Part shown: piece by piece, positions 8,740 to 19,456 of the stretch
Numbering within the stretch: position 1 is the stretch's first letter
Layout of the letters: the number at the start of each line of letters is the position of its first letter
From: an uncultured Myxococcales bacterium
GTDB taxonomy: Bacteria; Myxococcota; B64-G9
DNA: 64,000 nucleotides
Direction: 5' to 3'
Assembly (NCBI GenBank): GCA_964454005.1
Contig: CAYVQE010000010.1
Coordinates: 4,277-68,276 of the forward strand
Made by a program: the position numbers and the translations under genes
Notes under the pieces: model-generated
Told to the model about the DNA's origin: nothing
The model's database searches: none
Seen by the model: the letters and a program-made list of their open reading frames with translations, nothing else

Positions 8740-10101
8740 CTACTTGGTGATGCTGAACTGGTCGAGCTGCTCCTGGCCATTGCCGGAGTAGGCGGTGACG
8801 GTCAACTCATCGCCGGCGACATCGACCACCACGTAGTTGCCCTTGTTGCCGTGGGTCGAGGTGACCGTCCACCAGTCGGTCCCGGCCGAGTAGCCCGGCG
8901 AGTAGAAGGCGCCGGCGACCACGTGGACCACGCCCTGGCCGGCCGGCTTGACCTGGCCGTCGGCCACCGGGTGGGTGCGCTCGTAGTTGTGGTCGTGGCC
9001 GGCGAAGGCCAGATCCACGCCCTGCTCCTCGAGCACCGGCACCCAGTGCTCCAGCACCCGGTCGGTCGAGCCGTGGTTGGAGGCCGAGTAGGCCGGGTGG
9101 TGGAACTGCACCACCGTCCAGACCGTGTTCGGGTTCTGGCGGGCGGCGGCCAGATCGCTGCGCAGCCAATCGACTTGGCCGCGAACGATCTCCACTCCGT
9201 TGGAGTTCAGGCCCACGAAATGGGTATTGCCGTAGTCGAAGGACCAGGCGAACTCCTCGTAGCCCGCCGGCAACCCCGCGGCGCGGGGCAGGGCGAACTG
9301 GTGGTAGTAGACCTCGGCGAAGACCTCGTGGTTGCCCTGGACGGGCATCAGCACGGTATCGTTGACCAGCGGCGCCATGGCGGCGAACCAGGCGTCCCAT
9401 TCCGGCTGATTGCCCATGCCGTTCATGTCGCCCGAGAACAGCCAAAAGTCGGCATCCAGCGCCCGCAGCCGCTCGATGTTGGCGGCGATGCCCTCGTAGC
9501 CGCCGCGGCTATCGCCGGCCACAACGTAGCGGAAGGCGGCGCCGGGCGACGGCGCCGGGGCGGTGGTGAAGCAGTTGAGCGCCGACAGGTTGACGCCCGC
9601 GAAGGTCTGGGTCTGCTCGTCGAATCCCGTCCAGCTGCCGGCCCGATAGCAGTAGCGGGTCTGCGGCTCGAGCCCGGTCAGCTCGACCGTCCAGTTGACG
9701 AACTCGTCCGCCTCCTCGCCGGCCAGGCTCTCCTGGTAGAGCTGGCCTTCGCCCTCGGCCACGTGCTCGGGGCCGAACACGGTGATGGCGGGCGCATCGC
9801 CGCGGCGGTCGACGTACTCGGGAGCATCGGGGGCGAACCAGACCCGCGGCGTGTAAGCCTCCGTGTCCTTGAACGCGGTGCGCCACTGCACGGTCAGGCT
9901 GGTGGTCGGATCCGACTGCCAGGTCAGGTGCAGGTTGATGGGCTGCTTGTCCGCGTCGGTCACCCAGGCGTCGGGCTCGATGACGCGTTCGGGCGGGATG
10001 TCCTCGAAGCCGCATTGCAGCAGCACCACCACACCGACTGCCGACAGGACCAGCGCCAGTAAAAACCCCAGACGCCCGCGTGGTCGACTCGCCATATCCA
10101 T
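8740..10101 (-). CDS. purple acid phosphatase-like calcineurin-type metallophosphoesterase, secreted or membrane-anchored
   Basis: N-terminal TM/signal segment and a PAP-type N-terminal domain (LTWQSD...SLTVQWRT). Metallophosphoesterase motifs GDSRGG, GDMNG, GNHE, VVQFHHP, GHDHNYER. Confidence 0.85.
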   Translation of the reverse strand: MDMASRPRGRLGFLLALVLSAVGVVVLLQCGFEDIPPERVIEPDAWVTDADKQPINLHLTWQSDPTTSLTVQWRTAFKDTEAYTPRVWFAPDAPEYVDRRGDAPAITVFGPEHVAEGEGQLYQESLAGEEADEFVNWTVELTGLEPQTRYCYRAGSWTGFDEQTQTFAGVNLSALNCFTTAPAPSPGAAFRYVVAGDSRGGYEGIAANIERLRALDADFWLFSGDMNGMGNQPEWDAWFAAMAPLVNDTVLMPVQGNHEVFAEVYYHQFALPRAAGLPAGYEEFAWSFDYGNTHFVGLNSNGVEIVRGQVDWLRSDLAAARQNPNTVWTVVQFHHPAYSASNHGSTDRVLEHWVPVLEEQGVDLAFAGHDHNYERTHPVADGQVKPAGQGVVHVVAGAFYSPGYSAGTDWWTVTSTHGNKGNYVVVDVAGDELTVTAYSGNGQEQLDQFSITK

Positions 10102-10143
10102 TACCTCCTGATTTCGGTCCCCCGGCCGTTCGCAGCCGCCCAG

Positions 10144-11454
10144 CTACAGATGATACTGGAAATTGAGCAGGAAGACGTCGTTGTCGAAGCTGTGGCCCTC
10201 GAGTTCCTGGCGGTGGATGTAGTTGAAGTCCAACCGGGCGCCGAAGCCCAGAAACAGGCTCAGCCCGGCGCTGATCCAGCGCTTCTTCTGGTACTTCAGC
10301 TCGTCGATCGACAGGGTCGAGGAGAAACCGCGCACCTGCTCGTCGCCGTCCATTTCCTCGTAGCGCAGGGCCAGGTCGACCACCCCGGGCCAGGCGTGCA
10401 CGATCAGGTCGAGGTGGAAGCCCTGGCCCTGGTCGGCGTCCTGCGAGCCGTCGGGCAGAGCCTGGTGGTAGAAGTACTTGCGCATGGCCTCGGCCTCGAG
10501 CGTGAACAGCCAGATGTCCAGCGCCAGGTCGGCGCCCACCCACTGGTGGCGGGTCTCGGGGTCGAAGTTCTGATCCACGTGGGCGATGTTGGCGGCCAGC
10601 TCCAGCCGGAAGGGCAGCCCGGGGAAGTCCAGCACGTCGATGCCCAGCTCGCGCAGCAACCGGTCGACGCGCAGCGACACCCGCCCCACCGCCATCAGCT
10701 GCTGGGTGGTGCTGAGCTGCTCGATGGCCTGCTTGGCCGAGTTGAACACGCCCAGCTGCACCCGGCCCACCCGCCAGGGATCGCCGAAGGCCAGCGCGAG
10801 CCCGAGCTGGCGCTTGGGGAAGAGCAGGTTGATGGTGGGCTTGTAGATCAGCGCCTGGTGGGCGGTGGATTTCATGTTGGTGCGGCTGAAGGGCACCCGC
10901 ATGCGCCCGATGCGGGCGTCGAAAACCGTGTAGCGGTTCCAGCCCAGGTAGGCGTCCTTGAGGTAGTCCGAGGAGCGGTTGCCATCCTTCTCCCGCGGCA
11001 CCAGTTCGAACTTGACCTTGTAGTACAGGCCCGGATCGTGGAATCGTCCGCCCAGACCCAGCTCGACGTTCTCGATGACGAAGCCCTCGCGGTGGCCCAG
11101 AAAGGACGGGTCCATGTTGGCCGAGTCCAGCTCGAGCTGGCGGCCGTCGTCGGTGGTGAGCCGGTAGGCCTCTTCCTGCGTGCTGACGAACAGCGTGCGC
11201 ACCAGTACCTCGGGCTCGATGCGCGGGTCGAGCACGCGGGCATCGCGCGCCGGCGTGCGCCACAGGTCGGCCGGTGCGATATCGGCGTCGATGGCCGGCG
11301 CGGCCGGCAGCCAGCGCAGCCCGTCGGACTCCAACACCTCATAGAGCCCGGCCCGCGCTCCCGAAGCGGCGAGCAGCCACAATCCCAACAGCCCAAGCCC
11401 CAACCACCGGCCCCGGCAGCGACCCGGCATGGCGAACCTCCGGTTGGTGTCCAT
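10144..11454 (-). CDS. outer-membrane porin, phosphate-selective porin O/P (OprO/OprP) family-like
   Basis: Signal peptide LGLLGLWLLAASGARA. LKDAYLGWNRYTVFDARIGRMRVPFSRTNMKS resembles the Porin_O_P core. Beta-barrel-like alternating pattern to the C-terminus. Sits directly upstream of the phosphatase. Confidence 0.65.
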   Translation of the reverse strand: MDTNRRFAMPGRCRGRWLGLGLLGLWLLAASGARAGLYEVLESDGLRWLPAAPAIDADIAPADLWRTPARDARVLDPRIEPEVLVRTLFVSTQEEAYRLTTDDGRQLELDSANMDPSFLGHREGFVIENVELGLGGRFHDPGLYYKVKFELVPREKDGNRSSDYLKDAYLGWNRYTVFDARIGRMRVPFSRTNMKSTAHQALIYKPTINLLFPKRQLGLALAFGDPWRVGRVQLGVFNSAKQAIEQLSTTQQLMAVGRVSLRVDRLLRELGIDVLDFPGLPFRLELAANIAHVDQNFDPETRHQWVGADLALDIWLFTLEAEAMRKYFYHQALPDGSQDADQGQGFHLDLIVHAWPGVVDLALRYEEMDGDEQVRGFSSTLSIDELKYQKKRWISAGLSLFLGFGARLDFNYIHRQELEGHSFDNDVFLLNFQYHL

Positions 11455-11565
11455 CTCACCGATTGCCGCGCAGTAGACCAGCCCACGGTCGGGGAAGCAA
11501 GACCGCCGCGGTGACGGCTGCGCAACATTTGCGTGCCGGCTCGCGTCTCCGAGCGGCCGCGACGC

Positions 11566-11718
11566 TCAGGACCCGTCCGACCGCGAACCGTACACCTTCT
11601 CCCAGGCGCGCCAGAACGGGCAGAAGCGCCCGTGCAGCGCCATCAGCTTGCCGAACAGGCTGTCCGGCTTCTCCCGCGCCCGCCGGCACAGCGGGCACTT
11701 TTCGCAACGCTTGGCCAT
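11566..11718 (-). CDS. small cysteine-rich protein (50 aa from the internal ATG; ORF extends to 11790)
   Basis: MAKRCEKCPLCRRAREKPDSLFGKLMALHGRFCPFWRAWEKVYG. CxxCxxC plus CP motif, high GC3. Family not identified with certainty. Confidence 0.5.
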   Translation of the reverse strand: MAKRCEKCPLCRRAREKPDSLFGKLMALHGRFCPFWRAWEKVYGSRSDGS

Positions 11719-11941
11719 CAACTCGGTCAGGGTCTTCAATCTCCACCTCCGCTGCAGCGCCAACGCATCTCGAGCGGCCCTCGTCCCCACCGGCGCGGAC
11801 TCCCCCCGGGGCCAGCCACCGCTAGACCCCGGCCCGGGCCCAAACCATCAGGCCGAACAAGAACACGTCAGCGCCTCTCAGTCTACAGGCTGTAAGAACC
11901 TCCACTGGTTTTCCAGATTGAATGTCATTTTGTAAAATCAT

Positions 11942-13177
11942 TTGCCAAAATGCGGGTCCGAAGGCTACCCTGAGGGCGTGGTTGGAACCAGCGCTCAGTT
12001 CGCCGAGTTGCACCAACTCGCCCTCGAAAAGGGGCGCCGCTATCCGCGAGCGCGTTTCCTGCTCGACGCGATCCGGGCGACCGCCGGCCGGGCCTTTATC
12101 GGCATCGTGGGCCCCCGGGGTGTGGGCAAGACCGTGATGCTGCAGCAGCTCGCCCGCAGCGACGAGCGGGCGTTCTACCTCTCGGCCGACACCCTCGACG
12201 GCGAAGACCTGTTCGATGTAGTCAGGCAACTCGTGGCCGACTTCGAAATCGAGCGGCTGCTGGTCGATGAGATCCACTACGCGCCGGATTACGCCGCAGC
12301 CATCAAGCGCCTGTTCGACTTTCTCGATGTGCACGTGATCTTCACCAGCTCGGTGTCGCTATCGCTGCTCGACGCGGCCGAGGATCTGTCCCGGCGGGTG
12401 CAGCTGCGCACGCTGCCGCCCTTCTCCTTTCTGGAGTACCTGGCCTTCACCCAGAGCCGGGCGCTGCCGCCGCTCACGCTGGAGGATCTCTGGCAGCGGC
12501 GCTGGTCCCGCGAGCACCTGCTCGCCGCCGCGCACTTCGATCGCTACCTGCAGGGCGGCCTGATGCCCTTCGCCCTGGAGGAGCCCGACGTGCTCACCCT
12601 GCTGGCGCGCATCCGCGACCGGATTCTCACCCGCGACATCCCGGCCGTGGCGCGCTTGCTCACCGACGAGATCGGCCGTATCGAACGCCTGCTTCGCTTC
12701 GTCGGTCGAGCCGAGGTGGACGGGATCAACTACTCCTCGCTGTCGCGCAACCTCGGCATCACCAAGTACAAGGCCGAGGCTTATGTGGCCCTGCTGGAGC
12801 GGGCCTTCGTGCTCGCTCGGGTGCTGCCCGCGGGCACCAACGTGCTGCGCGAACCCAAGGTGCTCATGCGCCTGCCCTACCGCTTGCTCTACCGGGAACT
12901 GTACGACGCCATCGGCGGGTTGCGCGAGGACTTCGCGGTCGAGATGCTGCAAACCAGCGGCCTGACCTGCGACTATCTCAAATCGACCCGCGGCGCCAAG
13001 ACGCCGGACTATCTGGTCCGCACGGACGAAGGTGCGCTGGTGGTCGAAGTCGGTGGCAAGGGCAAGGGGCGCAGCCAGTTCAAGGGCGTCAGCGTCGAAC
13101 GCAAGCTCGTGTTCGCCCACGGCGAGCGCAAAGACGGCCCATTCCGCCCGCTGCACCTGCTCGGGTTCCTCCGTTAG
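11942..13177 (+). CDS. AAA+ ATPase of the AAA_14/DUF4143 type
   Basis: Walker A GPRGVGKT and Walker B LLVDEIHY. C-terminal region typical of DUF4143 ATP-binding proteins. Start uncertain (ATG 11942 or GTG about 11978). Confidence 0.85.
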   Translation: MPKCGSEGYPEGVVGTSAQFAELHQLALEKGRRYPRARFLLDAIRATAGRAFIGIVGPRGVGKTVMLQQLARSDERAFYLSADTLDGEDLFDVVRQLVADFEIERLLVDEIHYAPDYAAAIKRLFDFLDVHVIFTSSVSLSLLDAAEDLSRRVQLRTLPPFSFLEYLAFTQSRALPPLTLEDLWQRRWSREHLLAAAHFDRYLQGGLMPFALEEPDVLTLLARIRDRILTRDIPAVARLLTDEIGRIERLLRFVGRAEVDGINYSSLSRNLGITKYKAEAYVALLERAFVLARVLPAGTNVLREPKVLMRLPYRLLYRELYDAIGGLREDFAVEMLQTSGLTCDYLKSTRGAKTPDYLVRTDEGALVVEVGGKGKGRSQFKGVSVERKLVFAHGERKDGPFRPLHLLGFLR

Positions 13178-13184
13178 CCCGAAG

Positions 13185-14894
13185 TCACGCGATCCGGCGC
13201 CGGAGTAGGAGCAAGCCGATACACAGGCCCGGCAGGATGGCCGGCCAGCCCGTGCCGGCGGCCGCGCAGCTGCAGCCGCTGCCGACGATCTTTTGCCCGG
13301 CGGCGCCGGCGTCCACTCCGGAACCCGCATCGCTGCCGGGGTCGGCCCCGGCGGCATCGCCCCCGCCATCCGGGCCAGCGTCCAGCCCGGCATCCGTATC
13401 GGCATCCGTACCGGCGTCCGTCCCGGCATCCAACCCGGCGTCCGGGCCGGCGTCGGCCCCGGCATCGGAACCCGCATCCACCCCGCCGTCGGGTTCGACC
13501 CCGGTGCTGTACTCGTAGGCGCCGATGTCGAAGCCCGCGCCCTGCGGTCGGGCCACGCCCTCGATGTCGATGGCCGGAGCAGCCTCGGCGGAGCCGGCGT
13601 CGACCGCGACCGCATCGGCCAGCAGGTGCAGATCGCGCGCCGCCGGATCGGAGAACAAAGCGGCCGCATCCTCGATGATCAGGTTGTGATCCACGGCCAC
13701 GTCGTGCTGCTCGTCGACGCTGACCGCCGTGGCCAGGTTGTTGCGCACGATACAACCCGTCGGCTCGGTGCCGTCCTTGTGGGCCCCGATGGACAACCAG
13801 GGCGGGCCGGGCCGCTCGTCGTTCGGATCGAGCACGGTGTTGTTGACGAGGCGGCAGCCGCGCGCGCCCAGCAACGTGATGCCGTGCCAGTGGTCGGTGA
13901 CGATGACGTTGTTCTCCACCACCCAGTCGACGAAGGTGCCGTCGAAACAACCGATGCCTTGCAGCGTGCCGCGATGGGGCTGGTCCGCATCGACGTAGTT
14001 GACGATGCGGTTGCCGCGCAGCTCGATGCCGACCACCTCGCCGCTGCCCACCCCGTCGGGTCCGTTGGACCAGGACTGGAAGCCGTCGTCGTGGTTCTGG
14101 TTGACGTCGTAGCAATTGCGCACCGTGTTGTACTGAAACACGCTGTAATCGCCCAACCCGCGCAGGCCGTCGCCGGAGAAATTCTCCACCAGGTTGTGCT
14201 CCACCAGGGCGTGGCTGGCACCGACCGAGATGCCGAAGTCGACGTTGCGCAGCGTGTTGCCGCGGACGGTCATCCGGGTGCCGTCGACGCCGATGCCGTT
14301 GCAGGCCAGCGCGTTCCAGTCCGCGGCCGACCAGCCGCTGCTGTCGGCCACCGACTGCAGCCGGCAGTCCTCGATCACCACGTCACGTATTGGACCCTGC
14401 CAGCCGTGGGAATCCAGGTCGATCAGGGTGGCCGGCTCGTAGTCCGGGGCGTACTCCGGGCTGACCGCCAGCCCGCGCAGCAGCCAGTGGCCGCAGGCGC
14501 GCAGCAGGATTCGGCTGAACTGCGGTTGGTGGCCCGGGGCGGCGGCGATGGTGATGAAATCGGTGTTGTAGTAGCCGCTGATCGACAGCGCGCCGTGGAA
14601 GCCCGAGTGCAGGTAGATGGTGTCGCCGGCTTTGACCGGCGCGCCCGGGTTGCGGGCCACCAGCGACGCGCCCTGCTCGTAGGGCAGCGACTCCCACCCG
14701 CGGCTCTCGATCAGACCGGCGTCGACCACCGCCTGCAGGTTCTGCCAGGGATCGGCGGCGCTGCCGTCGCCGTCCGGGCTGCCGGCCTGCGGGTCGATGT
14801 AGAAATCGGCCGTCCGCCCAGCCGGCATGCAGACCGTGCAACACAGCAAGACCATCCAGCCGATCGAAGGTCCGTTCCTCATGCCACCCCTCAT
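13185..14894 (-). CDS. right-handed parallel beta-helix (pectate-lyase-fold) protein with a DAG-rich linker and a MYXO-CTERM-type tail
   Basis: Beta-helix repeat signatures (NLVENFSGDGLRGLG, NTVRNCYDVNQNHDDGFQSW, NNVIVTDHWHGITL). DAGSDAGADAGPDAGLDAGTDAG low-complexity tract. C-terminus GSGCSCAAAGTGWPAILPGLCIGLLLLRRRIA. Start at ATG 14894 or 14882. Confidence 0.8.
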   Translation of the reverse strand: MRGGMRNGPSIGWMVLLCCTVCMPAGRTADFYIDPQAGSPDGDGSAADPWQNLQAVVDAGLIESRGWESLPYEQGASLVARNPGAPVKAGDTIYLHSGFHGALSISGYYNTDFITIAAAPGHQPQFSRILLRACGHWLLRGLAVSPEYAPDYEPATLIDLDSHGWQGPIRDVVIEDCRLQSVADSSGWSAADWNALACNGIGVDGTRMTVRGNTLRNVDFGISVGASHALVEHNLVENFSGDGLRGLGDYSVFQYNTVRNCYDVNQNHDDGFQSWSNGPDGVGSGEVVGIELRGNRIVNYVDADQPHRGTLQGIGCFDGTFVDWVVENNVIVTDHWHGITLLGARGCRLVNNTVLDPNDERPGPPWLSIGAHKDGTEPTGCIVRNNLATAVSVDEQHDVAVDHNLIIEDAAALFSDPAARDLHLLADAVAVDAGSAEAAPAIDIEGVARPQGAGFDIGAYEYSTGVEPDGGVDAGSDAGADAGPDAGLDAGTDAGTDADTDAGLDAGPDGGGDAAGADPGSDAGSGVDAGAAGQKIVGSGCSCAAAGTGWPAILPGLCIGLLLLRRRIA

Positions 14895-14954
14895 CGTCCG
14901 CAAACCCTCACACCTCCAAGATGGCACAGCCCCTCGACCGGAGAGAGAAGGCAG

Positions 14955-16216
<1,262 letters not shown>

Positions 16217-16220
<4 letters not shown>

Positions 16221-17494
16221 GGGTTCTCTCCATCCCCGCCCGTCTTGGCATCGCCAGCCCGGCGCGACAGCTTCAGCGCCCGCCGCTCGAGTTCGGCCTC
16301 GACTGCCTCCAGCTCGACCCCGGCCCGGGCCAGGGCCACCAGGGCGAAGTAGAACACGTCGGCCGCCTCCCAGGCCACCGCCGCCTCACCCTCGGCCGCG
16401 GCCAGCTCGCCGGCCTCCTCCAGCAACTTGGCCCGCAGCAGCTCGGGGTCATCGAGCAGGCGCCGGGTATAGGAGCCGACCGGCGCCCGCTCGGCGCGCG
16501 CCACCAGCCTGCGGGCCAACGCCGGCAGGCCGCGGCCCGGGCCCCAGCAGCTGCGGCTGCCCAGGTGGCAGAAGCCGCCGCCGGCCTGGCGCACCCGAAA
16601 GCGCAGCGCGTCGCGGTCGCAGTCGGCGTCGACCGCCAGCAGCCGCTGGCTGGCCCCCGAGGTCTGGCCCTTGATCCACAGCCCGCGCGAGCGCGAATGG
16701 TAGACGCCCTGGCGCCGCTCCAGGGCCGCGGTCAGGCTCTCCAGGTCCGACCAGGCCAGGCCCAGGGCCTGATCGTGCTCGTCGACCACCACCGTTGCCC
16801 ACAGCCCGTCGGGCCGGTCGGAGCGCAGCGGCGCGGCGAAGGCCGCGGCCAGCGGCAGCCTGCCGGTGTAGATGGCCATGCCCACCTGGGCGTCGGCGCC
16901 CAGCCGATCCAGCTCGGCGATCTCGGCCGCGGTGGTGATGCCGCCGGCCACGGTCACCCGGGCCGCGCCGGCGGCTTCGACCAGCGCGGCCACCTGCTCC
17001 AGCGCAGTGCCGCCCAGCCGACCCTCGCGCTCGACGAAGGTGACCAGAAAGCCGCCCACCAGGCCCTCCAGCTCACGCATGCGCTCGAGCACACCGCGGC
17101 CGGTACCCCGCTGCCAGCCCTCGACCACCACCTCGCCATCGCGGGCGTCCAGCGCCGCGATCACCCGCTCGGGCGGCAGCCCGCGCAGCAGCGCCGGCTC
17201 GGCGGCGGTGCCCAGGATGACGGCGCGGGCGCCGGCATCCAGCCAGCGCCGGGCGCTGTCGCGGTCGCGGATGCCACCGCCGACGCGGCACGGCGCCCGA
17301 GCCAGCAGGTCTTCCATCACGGCCCGGTTGTGGCCGCGGCCCAGCGCCGCGTCCAGGTCGATCACCGCCACCTCGCCCACCAAGCCGAAACCCTCGGCCA
17401 GCGGCCGCGGATCGCCGGCGTCCAGCGCCTTGTCGCACCCGCCCACCAGCTGCACCGCCGAGCCGTCCTGCAGGTCGATCGAGGGCACGATCAT
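16217..17494 (-). CDS. hisA-hisIE: fusion of ProFAR isomerase (HisA-like) with phosphoribosyl-AMP cyclohydrolase / phosphoribosyl-ATP pyrophosphatase (HisI-HisE)
   Basis: N-terminal part [19 protein letters not shown]...VIDLDAALG...VGGGIR...AGGITT (TIM-barrel HisA type). Middle part [16 protein letters not shown]...[13 protein letters not shown]...[10 protein letters not shown] (HisI). C-terminal part [25 protein letters not shown]...[13 protein letters not shown] (HisE). Internal ATG at 17494 overlaps the hisF stop. Confidence 0.9.
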
Positions 17495-18249
17495 CGGCGC
17501 ACCTCCAGCCCGGCCTCGGCCATGGCCGCCTTGAGCGAGCCCACCGTGGTCTCGCGGAAGTGGAAGATCGAGGCCGCCAGCACCGCGTCGGCCCCGGCGC
17601 GCACGGCCGCGACCAGGTGCTCGGGCCGCGAGGCGCCGCCCGAGGCGATCACCGGCACCTCCACCGCGGCCGACACCGCCGCCAGCAGCTCCAGGTCGTA
17701 ACCGCTGCGGGTGCCGTCGCGGTCCCAGCTGGTCAGCAGGATCTCGCCGGCGCCGGCGGCCGCCGCCTCGGCCGCCCAGGCCACCGCGTCGCGGCCGGTG
17801 CGCTCGCGGCCCGACAGGATCACCAGCTCCCAGCCGCCGCCCGGCAGCGCCGCCGCGTCCAGCGCCAGCACGGTGCACTGGCGGCCGAAGCGCTCGGCCA
17901 GCTCGCCCAGCAGCGCCGGCCGGCGCACCGCCGCCGTGTTGACGCCCACCTTGTCGGCGCCGGCCTCGAGCAGGGCGGCCGCGTCGTCCACCGCGCGCAC
18001 CCCGCCGCCCACCGTCAGCGGCACCGACAGCGCGGCGCGCGCCCGGCGCACCGTGTCGCGGGCGGTGGCCCGGCCGTCCGGGGTGGCCGACACGTCGAGC
18101 AGCACGATCTCGTCGGCCCCCTGGGCCTCGTAGGCGGCGGCCAGCTCGGCCGGATCGCCGGCGTCGCGCAAGCCCTGAAAACGCACCCCCTTGACCACCC
18201 GCCCGGCGCGCACGTCCAAGCAGGGGATGATCCGCGCCGCCAGCGTCAT
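17491..18249 (-). CDS. hisF: imidazole glycerol phosphate synthase cyclase subunit
   Basis: [24 protein letters not shown]...LTVGGGVR...KVGVNTAAV...SWDRDGT...VIASGGA. The real start is the internal ATG at 18249; the track ORF is 5'-extended. Confidence 0.95.
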   Translation of the reverse strand: MTLAARIIPCLDVRAGRVVKGVRFQGLRDAGDPAELAAAYEAQGADEIVLLDVSATPDGRATARDTVRRARAALSVPLTVGGGVRAVDDAAALLEAGADKVGVNTAAVRRPALLGELAERFGRQCTVLALDAAALPGGGWELVILSGRERTGRDAVAWAAEAAAAGAGEILLTSWDRDGTRSGYDLELLAAVSAAVEVPVIASGGASRPEHLVAAVRAGADAVLAASIFHFRETTVGSLKAAMAEAGLEVRR

Positions 18250-18872
18250 GCCTGCGCCTCCTGCTCCCCTTCGCATTCCAGCCAGCGGCGCAGCAGCGCC
18301 TGGCCCCAGTCGCCCGACAGCTCGGGATGGAACTGGCAGGCCAGCACCGCGCCGCGTTCCAATGCGGCCACGAAGAGCCCGCCGTGGTCGGCCCGAGCCA
18401 CCGCCCAGCCGGGCGGCGGCTCGACCAGGCGGTAGGAGTTGGCGAAGTAGGCCCAGCCGGGCTGCAGCAAGCGGCAGCCGGCGTCCGGCGCGACGCGGTT
18501 CCAGCCCATCTGCGGCACCCGCAGCCCGGCGCCGAAACGGGTCACCCGGCCGGGGAGCACGCCCAGCCCGACCCGGCCGGGACTCTCCTCGGAGGCGCTG
18601 CACAGCAGCTGCAGGCCCAAACAGACCGCCAGCGTGGGCCGGCCGACCGCGATGCGCTCGACGAGCACCTCGCCCAGCCCGTCTGCCTCGAGCCGCTCCA
18701 TGGCCGGGGCCAGCGCGCCCACGCCGGGCAGCACCACCCGCCGGGCGGCGGCCACCCGCTCGGCGTCCTCGACCACTGCGGCGGTGGCGCCGGCGCGCTG
18801 CAGCCCGGCCAGCACGCTGGCGGTGTTGGCAGTGCCGGTGCGCACAACCAGCACCGGCTCGGCGGTCATCAC
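18246..18872 (-). CDS. hisH: imidazole glycerol phosphate synthase glutamine amidotransferase subunit
   Basis: LPGVGA, CLGLQLL (nucleophile Cys), QFHPELS. ATGA overlaps at both ends. Confidence 0.95.
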   Translation of the reverse strand: MMTAEPVLVVRTGTANTASVLAGLQRAGATAAVVEDAERVAAARRVVLPGVGALAPAMERLEADGLGEVLVERIAVGRPTLAVCLGLQLLCSASEESPGRVGLGVLPGRVTRFGAGLRVPQMGWNRVAPDAGCRLLQPGWAYFANSYRLVEPPPGWAVARADHGGLFVAALERGAVLACQFHPELSGDWGQALLRRWLECEGEQEAQA

Positions 18873-19456
18873 AGGCTCCCCTTGGTCGACGGCACCCGGG
18901 CGTCGCCGTCTCGGCCCACGGCCGCGCGCAGCGCCAGGGCCAGGGCCTTGAAGGCCGCCTCGGCCCGGTGGTGATCGTTGGCGCCGCGCAGCAGATCGAC
19001 GTGGAAGCAGCTGCGCCCGGCCAGGGCCAGCGAGCGCAGGAAGTGCTCGGCGTTCTCGGCGGCCAGCCCGCCGACGGCGTCGCGCTGTAGCGCCAGGTCC
19101 ACCTCGGCCCAGGGCCGGCCCGACAGGTCGACCACCGCCCGCGCCAGGGCCTCGTCCAGCGGGGCCAGAGCGTGGCCGAATCGCGCGATGCCGCGGCGCT
19201 CGCCCAGCGCCTCATCCAGCGCCGCGCCCAGCGCCAAGGCGCAGTCTTCGGCGGTGTGGTGCTCGTCGACCTCCAGGTCGCCGCTGCAGCGCAACTCCAG
19301 GTCGAAGCGGGCGTGGCGCACCAGGCTGGTGATCAGGTGATCCAGAAAACCGATGCCGGTGGCCACCTCGGCCCGGCCGCTGCCGTCCAGGCTCAGCTCC
19401 AGCCGGATGTCGGTCTCCTGCGTCCGGCGCGCGATCGCGGCGTTGCGGGTCTCCAT
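18869..19456 (-). CDS. hisB: imidazoleglycerol-phosphate dehydratase (monofunctional, 195 aa)
   Basis: [25 protein letters not shown]...[10 protein letters not shown]...[14 protein letters not shown]...[16 protein letters not shown]. No phosphatase domain. Confidence 0.95.
   Translation of the reverse strand: METRNAAIARRTQETDIRLELSLDGSGRAEVATGIGFLDHLITSLVRHARFDLELRCSGDLEVDEHHTAEDCALALGAALDEALGERRGIARFGHALAPLDEALARAVVDLSGRPWAEVDLALQRDAVGGLAAENAEHFLRSLALAGRSCFHVDLLRGANDHHRAEAAFKALALALRAAVGRDGDARVPSTKGSL

Noticed and set aside
11497-11517. Possible Pho box (CCGTCAC-N4-GCGGTCT on the minus strand) upstream of the porin gene
   Set aside because: Only one half-site resembles CTGTCAT and the second is poor at 11-nt phasing. 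The E. coli consensus may not apply to this lineage.
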